Source of the DNA: an uncultured bacterium
Lineage (GTDB): Bacteria; Bacillota; Clostridia; TANB77; CAG-508
Assembly (NCBI GenBank): GCA_905215935.1
Contig: CAJMRY010000006.1
Location: 12,168 to 76,167 of the forward strand
Direction of reading: 5' to 3'
Length of the DNA: 64,000 nt
Both the position numbers and the translations under genes were made by a program. The notes under the pieces were generated by a model. That model had not been told where the DNA came from. It did not search any database and was given only the letters and a program-made list of their open reading frames with translations. Positions within the stretch are counted from its first letter, which is position 1, and each line of letters begins with the position of its first letter. Positions 8,976-20,429 of this stretch are shown in pieces.

Positions 8976-11419
8976 TTGGCAAAAGCAAAAAAAGGAAGAA
9001 AAAAACAGAAGAAAGTTAATTTAGATGTAGCGGTAGTAGTAATGATAGTTATTAGTATACTATTAGCAGTACTTATATATACAGAATCACGGATATATAG
9101 GAGAACACTTAAGTCCAATGCTTGGAGGAATATTTGGATTTATTAAATATATTATTCCAATAGGGACTTTTGCAATTAGTATATATTTAGCATACGACGA
9201 TAAAGATTATGTAACATCGAAATTGATACAATATGGAATTGTAATAGTATGTATATGTGCAGTAATGAGTATTTATCAGATATCGATAGGAAGTATAGAT
9301 GTAGAACAAGAACTTGGTAATGTTTTAGAAGTAGCATACTCTTTAGGTGAAAAAAATGCAGGTGGAGGAGTTATAGGAACTTTAGTTGCAATTCCATTTA
9401 TAAAAATGTTTGGTATGCTTGGAACTGTTATATTAGCATTAGGAATAACTGTTGTGTTTGTAGTATTTATATTTGGATTTAAACCAACAGAATTTATATC
9501 TGATTTCTTATATGATATGCAAGAAAAGAAAAATGAGAAAAAAGAAGAGAGAGTATCAAGAGAGGCTAATATAGAAGATAGAGTAGAAAGTGTAGAAGAT
9601 AGAAAAAATCGAAAAAGAAATAAAATATATAATGTAGAAGAAGATATGGATATACCAGTAAAAGAAACAAGAGAAACTAAAAAAGAAAGAAAATTAAGAG
9701 AAGCAGAAGAAAAAAGAAGACAAGCTCTAGAGTTAGATCAGTTAACAATTAATAATTTAGAAGAAGTAAATGACAATCAAGATGGATGGTCTAAAAAGTT
9801 TAAACATAATAAAGATGATTTAATGCCTTTAGGAATGGAATCTTCACCAAAACAAGCTCCAGATTTTATAGAAGAAAATTTATTTAAACAAGAACAAGAA
9901 AAGAAAGAAGAAAAAGTAAAAGAAGTATTACAATTGGAGCACACTTTAACTGTAGAAGATGAACATTATGAATTTCCTCCAATTACATTATTAAGTGAAG
10001 GAGAGAAAAAGGGAATAAAAGGTGGAAAAAAAGCTGTTACAGATACTGCATCAAGACTTCAAAAAACTTTATATAGCTTTGGTGTTTCTGCAAAAGTAGA
10101 AAATGTATCTGTTGGACCTGCTATTACAAGATATGAATTAAAACCAGCAGAAGGTGTTAGAGTTAGCAAAATTGCAAACTTAGCAGATGATATAGCTCTT
10201 AATTTAGCAGCAGAAACAATTCGTATAGAAGCTCCAATTCCTGGAAAACAAGCAGTAGGAATAGAGGTTCCAAATAAAGAAAATGAAATAGTACATTTAA
10301 GAGATATTATAGATACTGAGGAATTTTATTCGCATAAATCAAAACTTGCTTTTGCACTTGGAAAAGATGTTGGAGGACAAGAAGTAGTAACGGATATTGC
10401 AAAAATGCCTCATGTATTAATTGCAGGTTCTACAGGTTCTGGTAAAAGTGTATGTATAAATACATTAATTTCTAGTATAATTTATAAAGCAAAACCAAGT
10501 GAAGTTAAACTTGTTATGGTTGATCCAAAAGTGGTAGAGTTATCAGTATATAATGGAATACCACACCTATTAATTCCAGTAGTAACAGATCCTAAAAAAG
10601 CAGCTGGTGCTTTAACATGGGCTGTTCAGGAAATGGTTAATAGATATAGTTTATTTGCAGAGAAAAATGTTAGGGATATAAAAGGTTATAATGAAGCTGT
10701 CTCTAAAGAAGGTGGAGCTGAAAAGCTTCCACAAATAGTTATAATTATAGATGAGCTGGCAGATTTAATGATGGTTTCACCAAAAGACGTAGAAGATGCT
10801 ATATGTAGACTTGCACAAATGGCAAGAGCTGCTCGGAATGCATTTAGTAATTGCAACACAAAGACCTTCTGTAGATGTAATTACAGGTATAATTAAAGCA
10901 AATATTCCTTCAAGAATTGCATTTGCAGTGTCTTCACAAGTGGATTCAAGAACAATACTTGATATGGTTGGTGCAGAAAAACTTTTAGGAAAAGGTGATA
11001 TGTTATTTTATCCATCTGGTGCGGCAAAACCTGTAAGAGTTCAAGGTGCCTTTGTATCAGATAAAGAAGTAGAGAAAATAGTTGGCTTTGTAAAGGAAAA
11101 TGGAGAAGCAACATATAGTGAGGATATCTTAGATAAAATTGAGAATAGTACGAGTGCAGACAAAGAAGCACTCGAACAGGATTCAGATGATGATTCAGAT
11201 CCATTTTTAATGGAAGCAATAGACACAGTTGTTGAAACTGGTCAAGCATCTACATCTTTTATACAAAGAAGATTTAAAGTTGGATATGCAAGAGCAGGAA
11301 GAATAATTGATCAAATGGAAGAAAGAGGTATTATTTCTGGATATCAAGGAAGTAAACCAAGAGAGGTACTAATGACTAAAGAGCGTTGGGAAGAGTTAAA
11401 GATGCAAAGTGCAGAATAA
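8976..11419 (+). CDS. ftsK: DNA translocase FtsK/SpoIIIE; needs +1 shifts at 9090 and 10834
   Basis: TTG start lies 9 nt after aggagga. TM-rich N-terminus. Walker A is GSTGSGKS; [22 protein letters not shown] spans the second break. The C-terminal gamma domain reads [21 protein letters not shown]. Confidence 0.9.
9090..9093 (+). other. In-frame CGG +1 site
   Basis: tca CGG ata. Skipping the C gives [22 protein letters not shown], joining the TTG-initiated N-terminus to ORF 9118. Confidence 0.75.
10834..10837 (+). other. In-frame CGG +1 site
   Basis: gct CGG aat. Skipping the C gives [17 protein letters not shown], a conserved FtsK motif. Confidence 0.85.
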
Positions 11420-11453
11420 ATTATCCCAAGGTTCGGAATAGGAGAGGTATATT

Positions 11454-13001
11454 TTGAAAAAAGAAAAAATATTATCTAAGTTAAATTTGAATATGAAAGA
11501 TTATAATATAGAATTAGAGGAGATTTTAGACAAAAAAGCTTTTAATGTGGAGGTTCAGAATCTCCTTTTAAGCATGTTTTATAAAATAGAAAATTTTTAT
11601 TCAGATTATAAACAAGTAAAAAGGCAAGTACCAAATAGAGATGAATTTATACAAGAACTAATAAAAACAATTTCAAATAATTGTAAAGAAATAGAAGTTA
11701 TTAAACCAAAAGGAATAAAAAAACAAGAAAAATATTCTGTTAATTCAAGTAAGGGGATTATAGAGACATTTCCTAATGAATTAATACTTATATATGCTTT
11801 ATACAAGATAGATCAAATAAAAAGTATAGAAGAAAAAGCATTAATAAATAATGCAGTTATAGATGTATTAAATGAAGGAAGAACTCTTAATTGTTCAGAA
11901 CTAGTAAGAGATTTTAATGGCTGGTCATGGACTACTATGTTAGATAAATTAGATTCTATTCAATATAATTTAGTATTCCAGAATTTATTACTACTATTAG
12001 GTTATGAAAAAATATCGTATATAAGCAAATTAAGTGATAAAAATCAAATTGCATTAAATTTGCAAAAAGAAATAGAATCTAAATATGGTGAAGAAAATGG
12101 AAATGAATTTTCAAGATTATTTTTTAGTATATGTATTTTATTAAAAAGTAGTATGGATGAAAAATATAAAAAAGAAGTATTAAATGAGAAGAAAAAATTA
12201 ACAGAAAAATTAGAAATGTTGCAAGATAAGGCAAGATTTTTAAGCAGAATAACAAACGATAAAAAAGAATTAACAAATAAAATTAAGGAAATTGATAAAA
12301 TATTAAATAATGTAGATTTATTAAAAGAAGAATATAAAAAAAGAAATAAAAAGTTATCTAAAGATGAGCAAATTTTTAGCATTAGCAATTTTGTAGATAT
12401 TATAGAATCAGAAAGAATGGAATTTATCCAAGATATAAAAGAATATAATGATTTAATTGATCCAAGAAAGTTTGGAGATATGAAAAAACAAATAGAACAA
12501 AAACAAGTTTTCTTTAATAAATTAGACTTATTTGAAAATAAGAAAGAGCCTATTAATCAGTATATTTTGGATATTCAAAAACAATTTCTTAAATGTTTTA
12601 AAATACAGGTAGAAAAATGTGCATTAAAGAAAGATATGATAGATTTAATATATGAATATAGATATTATAGATTTCTTAAATATAATAAAGAAAAAAATAT
12701 AAAAGAAAATAGATATTTAAATAAGCTTAATCAAGATATTATAGATTCAATTATAAAAAAAGCAGAAGAACTAAAAGTACTGGAAAACATATCTAGTAAT
12801 AAAGAATATAATAAAATTGTACTAGAAGAAATATTTAATACAAGAATAATTACTCTTGAAAATATTTCTGTGCAGATTATGCAAGAAGACGGAAAAATGT
12901 TTGTACAGTATTTTGATGGGAATATTTTAGAAAGTAAAAAAGAAATCCAAATTAAAGATAATAGTATTAAGTTAAGAAAAAAAATAAAACTCTTTGTATA
13001 A
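11454..13001 (+). CDS. Hypothetical K/N/E-rich protein (515 aa)
   Basis: Long intact ORF with a TTG start after SD ggagagg. No recognisable motifs. Confidence 0.5.
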   Translation: MKKEKILSKLNLNMKDYNIELEEILDKKAFNVEVQNLLLSMFYKIENFYSDYKQVKRQVPNRDEFIQELIKTISNNCKEIEVIKPKGIKKQEKYSVNSSKGIIETFPNELILIYALYKIDQIKSIEEKALINNAVIDVLNEGRTLNCSELVRDFNGWSWTTMLDKLDSIQYNLVFQNLLLLLGYEKISYISKLSDKNQIALNLQKEIESKYGEENGNEFSRLFFSICILLKSSMDEKYKKEVLNEKKKLTEKLEMLQDKARFLSRITNDKKELTNKIKEIDKILNNVDLLKEEYKKRNKKLSKDEQIFSISNFVDIIESERMEFIQDIKEYNDLIDPRKFGDMKKQIEQKQVFFNKLDLFENKKEPINQYILDIQKQFLKCFKIQVEKCALKKDMIDLIYEYRYYRFLKYNKEKNIKENRYLNKLNQDIIDSIIKKAEELKVLENISSNKEYNKIVLEEIFNTRIITLENISVQIMQEDGKMFVQYFDGNILESKKEIQIKDNSIKLRKKIKLFV

Positions 13002-13110
13002 TGGTTGCGATTCATAGCTGTTTTAGTTAAGTTACAATGTTAACGCTTAGCTAATTGTTTTATATATTTTGATGAAAATTTTTTAATAGACGAAAGGATT
13101 GGTTTTTTAT

Positions 13111-14760
13111 ATGAAAGTTACTTTTTTAGGAGCAACAAAAACTGTTACTGGCTCTAATTTTTTAGTAGAAGGAGCTGGTAAGAAATTTTTAATAGATTGT
13201 GGAATGTATCAAGGTCAAGCAGCAGATGAAGTACAAAATGAATCTCCATTTTTGTTTGATGTTAATGAGATTGACTTTATGTTGTTAACACATGCTCATA
13301 TAGATCATTCAGGTAGAATTCCTAAATTATATAATGAAGGATATAGAAATCCTATTTTTGCAACAAAGGCAACTTGTGATTTGTGTTCTATAATGCTACC
13401 AGATAGTGGACATATACAAGAGATGGAAGCCGAATGGAAAAATAAAAAAAGAAAAAGAAAAGGTGAAAAAGAATTACCTCCAATGTACACAGCAGAAGAT
13501 GCTGCAAGATGTTTAGAGGTTTTTGTACCAATAAAATATGATGAATTAATTGAAATAGATCCCATGATTCATGTTAGATTTAATGATGCAGGACATATGC
13601 TTGGATCTAGTATAATTGAAATCTGGGTAAGAGAAGATGATAAGGAGACAAAAATAGTATTTACAGGAGATATAGGAAATAATGATATCCCATTATTATC
13701 AGAACCTACAATGATTGAAAGTGCAGATTTTCTAGTAATGGAATCTACTTATGGTAATAGACTTCATATAAGAAATGATGAAAAAGCAGAAGAGTTTTTA
13801 AAGATTGTTTCAGAAACATTAGATAAAGGTGGGACAGTAGTAATTCCTTCTTTTGCAGTAGGAAGAACACAAGAAATTCTATATGAATTAAATAATCTAA
13901 AAGATACAATGCATGATGAAGAGTTTTATAGGGAATATGAGACAATTATGAAAGCTCCTGTATATGTAGATAGTCCACTTGCAATTTCAGCAACAGAGGT
14001 TTTTGAAGATAATATGGATTTGTTTGATGAAGATACTAAAAAGATTATGCAAAGTGGAGATAATCCTTTAGAATTTCCAGGTCTTAAATTTACTAAAACA
14101 GCAGATGAATCAAAAGAATTAAATGAGAGAAATGAATCTGCAATTATAATATCTGCTAGTGGTATGTGTGAAGTTGGTCGTATTAAACATCATTTAAAAC
14201 ATAATTTATGGAATCCAAATAGTACTATTTTATTTGTAGGATATCAAGCACAAGGAACTCTTGGTAGAAAAATTGTGGATGGAGCAAAAACAGTAAAAAT
14301 ATTTGGAGAAGAAATTGCAGTTAATGCAAGAATAGAATATATTGAAGGATATTCTGGTCATGCAGATCAAGAATGGTTACTTAATTTTATATATTCATTC
14401 TTTACAAAACCAAAACATATCTTTTTAGTTCATGGAGAACCAGAAGGACAAAAAGTATTGAGAGATAAAATTATAGAAAATACAGAAATTCCAGTTACTA
14501 TTCCAGAGTTTGGAGAATGCTATGAACTAGATGATAACATAAATGTAATAGGTAAAGTAGAAAATAAACGAGCAAAAGAATATGTACGTCTTGAAGTATT
14601 AGGAAGAATGCAAACATTAAAAGAAGAATTAGAAGATATGGAATCTATAGTAAAAGAAGATATTTTAACAGAATATGCAAATGATGAGGAAATAGCTAAA
14701 TTAAATGATAGAATTAAGGAACTAGAAAGACAAATTGTAAAAATTGTCGAAAATAAATAA
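13111..14760 (+). CDS. MBL-fold beta-CASP ribonuclease (CPSF/RNase J superfamily)
   Basis: MKVTFLGATKTVTGSNFLVE, HxHxDH motif LLTHAHIDHSGRIP, and later beta-CASP motifs (ESTYG, GYSGHAD). Confidence 0.75.
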   Translation: MKVTFLGATKTVTGSNFLVEGAGKKFLIDCGMYQGQAADEVQNESPFLFDVNEIDFMLLTHAHIDHSGRIPKLYNEGYRNPIFATKATCDLCSIMLPDSGHIQEMEAEWKNKKRKRKGEKELPPMYTAEDAARCLEVFVPIKYDELIEIDPMIHVRFNDAGHMLGSSIIEIWVREDDKETKIVFTGDIGNNDIPLLSEPTMIESADFLVMESTYGNRLHIRNDEKAEEFLKIVSETLDKGGTVVIPSFAVGRTQEILYELNNLKDTMHDEEFYREYETIMKAPVYVDSPLAISATEVFEDNMDLFDEDTKKIMQSGDNPLEFPGLKFTKTADESKELNERNESAIIISASGMCEVGRIKHHLKHNLWNPNSTILFVGYQAQGTLGRKIVDGAKTVKIFGEEIAVNARIEYIEGYSGHADQEWLLNFIYSFFTKPKHIFLVHGEPEGQKVLRDKIIENTEIPVTIPEFGECYELDDNINVIGKVENKRAKEYVRLEVLGRMQTLKEELEDMESIVKEDILTEYANDEEIAKLNDRIKELERQIVKIVENK

Positions 14761-14786
14761 ATATGAATATAAAAGCAGTAGAGTAG

Positions 14787-14953
14787 TGCAGGGGGATTTA
14801 TATATTAAAATGCAGTGATGCGCAGTTTGGGAGGACTCCTACTCATACAGATTAGCCAGATTAACTGTTCAAACCATGAAATTTGTATATGCGTGCTCAT
14901 ATGACTAGTCCGACCAGCAAAGAACGAAATTTTAATATATAAATCCCCCTGCA
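14787..14953. repeat. Perfect 25-bp inverted repeat flanking a 117-nt relatively GC-rich core (MITE-like or structured RNA)
   Basis: tgcagggggatttatatattaaaat (14787-14811) is the exact reverse complement of 14929-14953. Imperfect complementarity extends outward. Confidence 0.8.
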
Positions 14954-15021
14954 CGGACTAAACCTATCGCTAACTTAAAAAACAAGAAAACCAAATAACA
15001 AAAGATAAAGGAAGGAATTTT

Positions 15022-16976
15022 ATGAATAATAATAAATATATTAATGATGCTTTAATCGGAAACGGAAAAATGCTAGCAAGTTTTTCTAAACAAGGCGAAC
15101 TACTTAGAATAGCATATCCCACAATAGACTATAAACAAAATATAGACTTTTTTCATGTAGGAATAAAAATAAACGATTCTGCTATTATATATTTACACGA
15201 TGATATAAATAACCATTATGAACAGAGTTATATAGAAAATACAAACATTTTAACTACTAATATAGAAAATACATATTTTAATTTAAATATTAAACAAATT
15301 GACTTTGTCACAATAAAAAAAGATGTTTTAATGAAACAATATATATTTAAAAATAATAATACCATAGACATGAATATAAATTTCTTAATACATTCCGAAT
15401 TTATAAGTAGTACCAATAACCAGGTATCAGCAAGAATCTTTAATGATGCGTTATTACAGTATGACTATGAAAATACTTTTGCCATTTTTTCGAGTGGAAT
15501 AATATCTACTAAACAATTACATAATAGCAAAGATAATATTAGAAGTGGTGAAGTTTATGGAAAAGATTATATAGGAATGACAAAAGATTCTAGTATTTCA
15601 TATAATTTAGGTACATTAAAACCGGGAGAAGAAAAGAAAATCTGTATATATATTTATGCAAAAGAGAATGATAAATCAAATTCTTTTGAAGATATAGCAA
15701 ATGAAATAGATAAATTTAAAAAAATAGATATAGAAAAAGAATATAATAATGTAAAAAAATATTGGGAAAAATATGTAGAAAAATATTATTCTTTAAAAAG
15801 AAAAGATTATAATGAAAAAGTGTATAAAATATATAAAAGAACAATTTTACTTTTTCCACTTCTTACAAATATGGAAACTGGTGGGATTATTGCTGGAATG
15901 GAAATAGATGAAAAAAAAGAAATGTGTGGTGGATATCGGATATTGTTGGACAAGAGATGCAAGTTTCATAGTTAAAGCTATAGATTTATTAGGTATGCAT
16001 ACACAAGCAGAAAAGTTTTATAATACATTTTGTAAGAAAACACAAAGTAAGAATGGTATGTGGGAACAGCGTTTTTATACAAATGGTACTCTAGCTCCAT
16101 GTTGGGGATATCAAATAGATGAAACAGCAAGTGTTATATATGGAATATATGAACATTATAAAATAACAAAAGAAGAAACATTTTTAAAAAACAATTTAAA
16201 AATGTGTGAAAAAGCTTTAGGTTTTTTAATTAAATACATTAAAAATTTACTAAATATAGAAGAAACTGATAATGTAAAAAAAGAATTAACCGAAAAATAC
16301 GAATATAAAGATAGAATATATAAACATGTTAGTTATGATTTATGGGAGATGAATGAGGGCATACATTTATATTCTTTGGCAAGTATTTATTCAAGTTTTA
16401 ATTCTATGATTAATATATATGATTGTGTAAAAGATGAATATAAAAATAATAGGATAAAACAAGAAAAAATAGAAAAAACAAAACAAGAATTAAGAGAGTA
16501 TAATATAGAAATAAAAAAATATATACAAAATAATTTATATGATGATAAACAAAAGATATTACTAAGGAATATAACCGATGCCAAAACAGATATTAGTATG
16601 TTAGGTGCTATTTATCCTTTTGAATTATTTTCTGCAAAAGAAAAGGTAATAGCAAATACTGTAGAGAAAATAAATATGACATTAAGAACATATAGTCGGA
16701 GGATATCTAAGATTTCAAGATGACCATTATATGGGAGGAAATAATCCTTGGCCGATAGCGACTTTATGGATGGCTATGTATTATAGTAAGACAGGAAATA
16801 AAAAGAAGTTTCTAGAATGCTTTGATTTTGTTGTCAATTCTTGTACAGAACACGGATTTTTAGCAGAACAAGTTGATAATAAACTATTAAAATCAAATTG
16901 GGTAATTGGTCTTGGATGGTCTCATGCAATGTTTATAATTGCACTGGATTGGTTGGAAAAAAGTTTATGTGAATAA
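15022..16976 (+). CDS. Glycoside hydrolase family 15 (glucoamylase-like); needs +1 shifts at 15937 and 16697
   Basis: Three track ORFs join as ...CGGY-G-YCWTRDASF... and ...RTYS-G-GYLRFQDDHYMGGNNPWPIATLWMAMYY..., which are GH15 catalytic-domain signatures. Confidence 0.8.
15937..15940 (+). other. In-frame CGG +1 site
   Basis: tat CGG ata. Skipping the C gives GGY-G-YCWTRDASF. Confidence 0.8.
16697..16700 (+). other. In-frame CGG +1 site
   Basis: agt CGG agg. Skipping the C gives RTYS-G-GYLRFQDD. Confidence 0.8.
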
Positions 16977-17029
16977 TGTAAAAATGAATATTTATAAATT
17001 ATAAATATCCTAAATAAAATGGAGGAATA

Positions 17030-18292
17030 ATGAAGCAAAAAATACCAATAAAAGTAATAATGAAAACATTCTTATTTGTTTTACCATATATATTAGTGGA
17101 ATTTACAAATACTTTATTAGTAACAATAGATAAATCGATGTCAAACTCAATAGGAAAAACAGCAATAATAGTTTTTTCTTCATTTATAACATTAAATTGG
17201 GCTATAAATACAATTCAAACATGTATAGGAACAGCTCATACTATAGTATTAGTAAGAGATAGAAAAAATGCAAAACAAATAAACAGTTCAGCAATGTGTA
17301 TAGAAGTTATAAGTTCTATAATAATAGCTTTTGTAATATTTATATTTTCAAAGCAGATTACATATGTATATAATTTAGAAAATGATGCACGTGAGATATT
17401 ATCAATAATATTAAAATTAAAAGCTATACAATTACCAATATTAGCTATTGGCTACATTCCTAAAAATATATTGAAGGTAGAAACAAAAACAAGTGTAATA
17501 TGGATTATAACAGTAATTTCTTCTATGGTTAATATATTAGGAGATTATTTAAGTATAAAATTAGAGTATAATGAAGTTGGAATTTATGTTGCGACAATAA
17601 TATCCACTTTTGTAAATACTATATTGTTATTAATTTTCTCAAAATTTAGATTATACAAAATTGCATCTAACTATATAAAGGAAATATTGAATTTTGCTAA
17701 AGACCTTATATTTAATAAAATAATGCAAAGAATTGTAAATATCTACTATACTAGTGTGGCTAGTTCGTTTGGAACCAATATATATGCAATACATTGTATA
17801 TGTGTATCTATAATAGATACTTTGTGTGAAATAATAGAAGGTTATTATTCAGGATTATTGGTTGAATATTCTAATGATATAGAGTCAAAAAAAGAAGAGC
17901 TTCTAAAAAAAGTTAATACAGTTCAAATATATGGTATAATTTTTTCTAGTATATTACTTCCATTATTTATATATCCAGTATGGTATATGCTTGGAAGAAC
18001 TGTTCCGTGGGAGGATTGTAATCCATATATATGGTTATATTCTATAGAATTTATAGCTACAGTAGCAGGATGCAATTATAGAGCTTATTTGTCTGCAAAT
18101 AAAGATACAAAAGCAATTAGAATGATGGCTTTTATTGGTGGAATTTGTGTTAGAGTACCTTTTTGTTATATTATTCAAAAATTCAATTTTGGATTATTTG
18201 GACTGTCAATTGCATGCGGAATTGATAGAATAGTTAGAGCAACATACCTAAAAATATATATCAAAATAAATAATAAAAAATTAATTACATAG
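17030..18292 (+). CDS. Polytopic membrane protein, MATE/MOP-flippase-like
   Basis: About 12 hydrophobic segments over 420 aa, with a MATE-like N-terminus. Confidence 0.5.
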   Translation: MKQKIPIKVIMKTFLFVLPYILVEFTNTLLVTIDKSMSNSIGKTAIIVFSSFITLNWAINTIQTCIGTAHTIVLVRDRKNAKQINSSAMCIEVISSIIIAFVIFIFSKQITYVYNLENDAREILSIILKLKAIQLPILAIGYIPKNILKVETKTSVIWIITVISSMVNILGDYLSIKLEYNEVGIYVATIISTFVNTILLLIFSKFRLYKIASNYIKEILNFAKDLIFNKIMQRIVNIYYTSVASSFGTNIYAIHCICVSIIDTLCEIIEGYYSGLLVEYSNDIESKKEELLKKVNTVQIYGIIFSSILLPLFIYPVWYMLGRTVPWEDCNPYIWLYSIEFIATVAGCNYRAYLSANKDTKAIRMMAFIGGICVRVPFCYIIQKFNFGLFGLSIACGIDRIVRATYLKIYIKINNKKLIT

Positions 18293-18307
18293 AAGAAGGG
18301 AAATATT

Positions 18308-18862
18308 ATGGAAGAAGAAATAAATTTGAAATATATTGAAATTGATAATAATAATTTAGATTTAGCTGTTAAGATTCAAAATGAAATATTTCCTTTTGAA
18401 GATGGTAGAAAGAATTATATAGAAGGAATAACAAATGACCCATATAGAAAAGAAATGATTAATTATATTGTTTACAATGAAGAATGTCCTATTGGTGTAG
18501 TAGGATTATATTCATATAATGAATATCCAAAAGATTCTTGGTTGAGTTGGTTTGGTGTTTTAGAAAAATATAGAAATAAAGGATATGGTTCAAAGATATT
18601 TAATTTTTTTAAGGAATTATCTATTAGAAAAGGTTATGAATCTATAAGGGTATATACTTCTAATGAATTTGAATCTGCTATAAAATTATATATAAAAAAT
18701 GGGATGATAAAAGAATATTATAAAAATGAATTAGAAAGTGAAGAAGTAAATAATGAAACTATAATATTTTCTAAATCTCTAACAAATAATGAAACTAAAA
18801 AATGGAATAATAAATTTTTAGGGTTAACTGAACAATCTGAAAAAGAAAATTGTGGTAAATAG
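18308..18862 (+). CDS. GNAT family N-acetyltransferase
   Basis: Acetyl-CoA motif VLEKYRNKGYGSKIF. Confidence 0.7.
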   Translation: MEEEINLKYIEIDNNNLDLAVKIQNEIFPFEDGRKNYIEGITNDPYRKEMINYIVYNEECPIGVVGLYSYNEYPKDSWLSWFGVLEKYRNKGYGSKIFNFFKELSIRKGYESIRVYTSNEFESAIKLYIKNGMIKEYYKNELESEEVNNETIIFSKSLTNNETKKWNNKFLGLTEQSEKENCGK

Positions 18863-18939
18863 TAAAAAGTTTATGATATATTTAATATAAAATTAGAGAG
18901 GAGAGTATGCTGGGATTTTTCTAGCATAGGCGATAAGTA

Positions 18940-20311
18940 ATGGCAAAAACAAAAACTGTATTTGTATGTAATAGTTGTGGATATGAATCTGCCAAATGGC
19001 TTGGTAAATGTCCTCGGATGTAATGAATGGAATAGTTTTTATGAAGAAAAAATAAAAAAAGAGTCATCTAATGTGTTAATAAAAGGCGAAACAAAAAAGA
19101 GTACTATACCAAAAAATTTAAATGAAGTTATAGGAAAAGATGCTACAAGAATAGGTACAGGCTCTAGCGAATTAGATAGAGTTTTAGGTGGAGGATTAGT
19201 AAAAGGTTCTCTTGTATTAGTTGGTGGTGAGCCACGGAATTGGAAAATCTACATTGATATTACAATTGTGCGATAAAATGCAAGGTGAGCGGAAAAGTAC
19301 TTTATGTATCAGGAGAAGAGTCTGCAGAACAAATAAAAATTCGTGCAGATAGATTAAAAATTAATAATGATGATATTTTATTTTTAGGAGAAACAGATAT
19401 AGATATAATACAAGAGCAAATACTTTCTATAAATCCAAAACTTGTTATTATAGATTCTATACAAACAATGTATTCTGATGAAATAACTTCTGCAGCAGGT
19501 ACTGTAAGCCAGGTAAGAGAGATTACAGCAAGGATAATGAAAATATGCAAAACAAATCAAATAACAACAATTATTATAGGACATGTTACTAAAGAAGGTA
19601 ATATTGCAGGTCCTAGAGTTTTAGAACATATGGTAGATACAGTATTATACATAGAAGGTGAAAGATATTTTTCATATAGAATTTTAAGAGGTGTAAAGAA
19701 TAGATTTGGGTCAACTAATGAAGTTGGAATGTTTGAAATGCAAAATGAGGGAATGATTGAAATAACAAATCCTTCATCAATTCTTATTTCTGATAGTGAT
19801 GATAATCCTCCAGGTTCTGTAATTGTTGCAAGTATGGAAGGTACAAGACCACTTTTAATAGAACTTCAAGCATTGACTTCTCATACTGTTTTCGGACTTC
19901 CAAGAAGAACTGCAAATGGAATTGATTACAATCGTTTAACATTACTTATGGCTGTACTTGAAAAAAAAGCAGGAATAAATCTTTCAAGCCAAGATGTGTA
20001 TTTAAATGTAGTGAGTGGAATAAAAATATCTGAACCAGCAATAGACTTAGGAGTTTTAGTATGTGTTGCTTCAAGTTATAAAAATATTAGCATACCAAAA
20101 GATCTATTAGTTATAGGAGAGGTTCGGATTAACAGGAGAGGTAAGAGCAGTAAATTTTATCGATAAAAGACTAAAAGAAGCAGAAAAACTCGGATTTAAA
20201 ACTTGTTTAATTCCAGAAAATAACAAGAAACTATTGAAAGAAAGTTATAAATTAGATATAATAGGCATGAAAAATATAAATGATGCAATGAAAAAGTTAG
20301 GATTAAAATAA
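18940..20311 (+). CDS. radA: DNA repair protein RadA/Sms; needs four +1 shifts at 19015, 19235, 19290 and 20125
   Basis: Zn-finger [23 protein letters not shown] and Walker A GGEP-G-IGKSTL are present. KNRFG and the Lon-like C-terminus IGEV-G-LTGEVRAV follow. Each motif is completed only by skipping the C. Confidence 0.9.
19015..19018 (+). other. In-frame CGG +1 site
   Basis: cct CGG atg taa. Skipping the C gives [12 protein letters not shown]. Confidence 0.85.
19235..19238 (+). other. In-frame CGG +1 site inside the Walker A motif
   Basis: cca CGG aat. Skipping the C gives GGEP-G-IGKSTL. Confidence 0.85.
19290..19293 (+). other. In-frame CGG +1 site
   Basis: gag CGG aaa. Skipping the C gives MQGE-G-KVLYVSGEES. 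Confidence 0.8.
20125..20128 (+). other. In-frame CGG +1 site
   Basis: gtt CGG att. Skipping the C gives IGEV-G-LTGEVRAVNFIDKRLKEAEKLGF. Confidence 0.85.
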
Positions 20312-20326
20312 AAAAGTGTCAAAAAA

Positions 20327-20429
20327 GTTGCCAAAAGGGACGGAGCATATTGACAATTTTTTATTAGAGTATACGTTTTTATTTATATTAAATAAAAAAT
20401 TGCCAATATGCTCCGTCCCTTTTGGCAAC
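20327..20429. repeat. 36-bp near-perfect inverted repeat (1 mismatch) with a 31-nt spacer, between radA and disA
   Basis: gttgccaaaagggacggagcatattgacaatttttt (20327-20362) against the reverse complement of 20394-20429. Direct cttttggcaa-like repeats follow. Confidence 0.85.

Noticed and set aside
8852-9118. 88-aa minus-strand ORF upstream of the track's ftsK start
   Set aside because: It overlaps the true FtsK N-terminus (TTG 8976 with SD aggagga), which is recovered once the CGG at 9090 is skipped.
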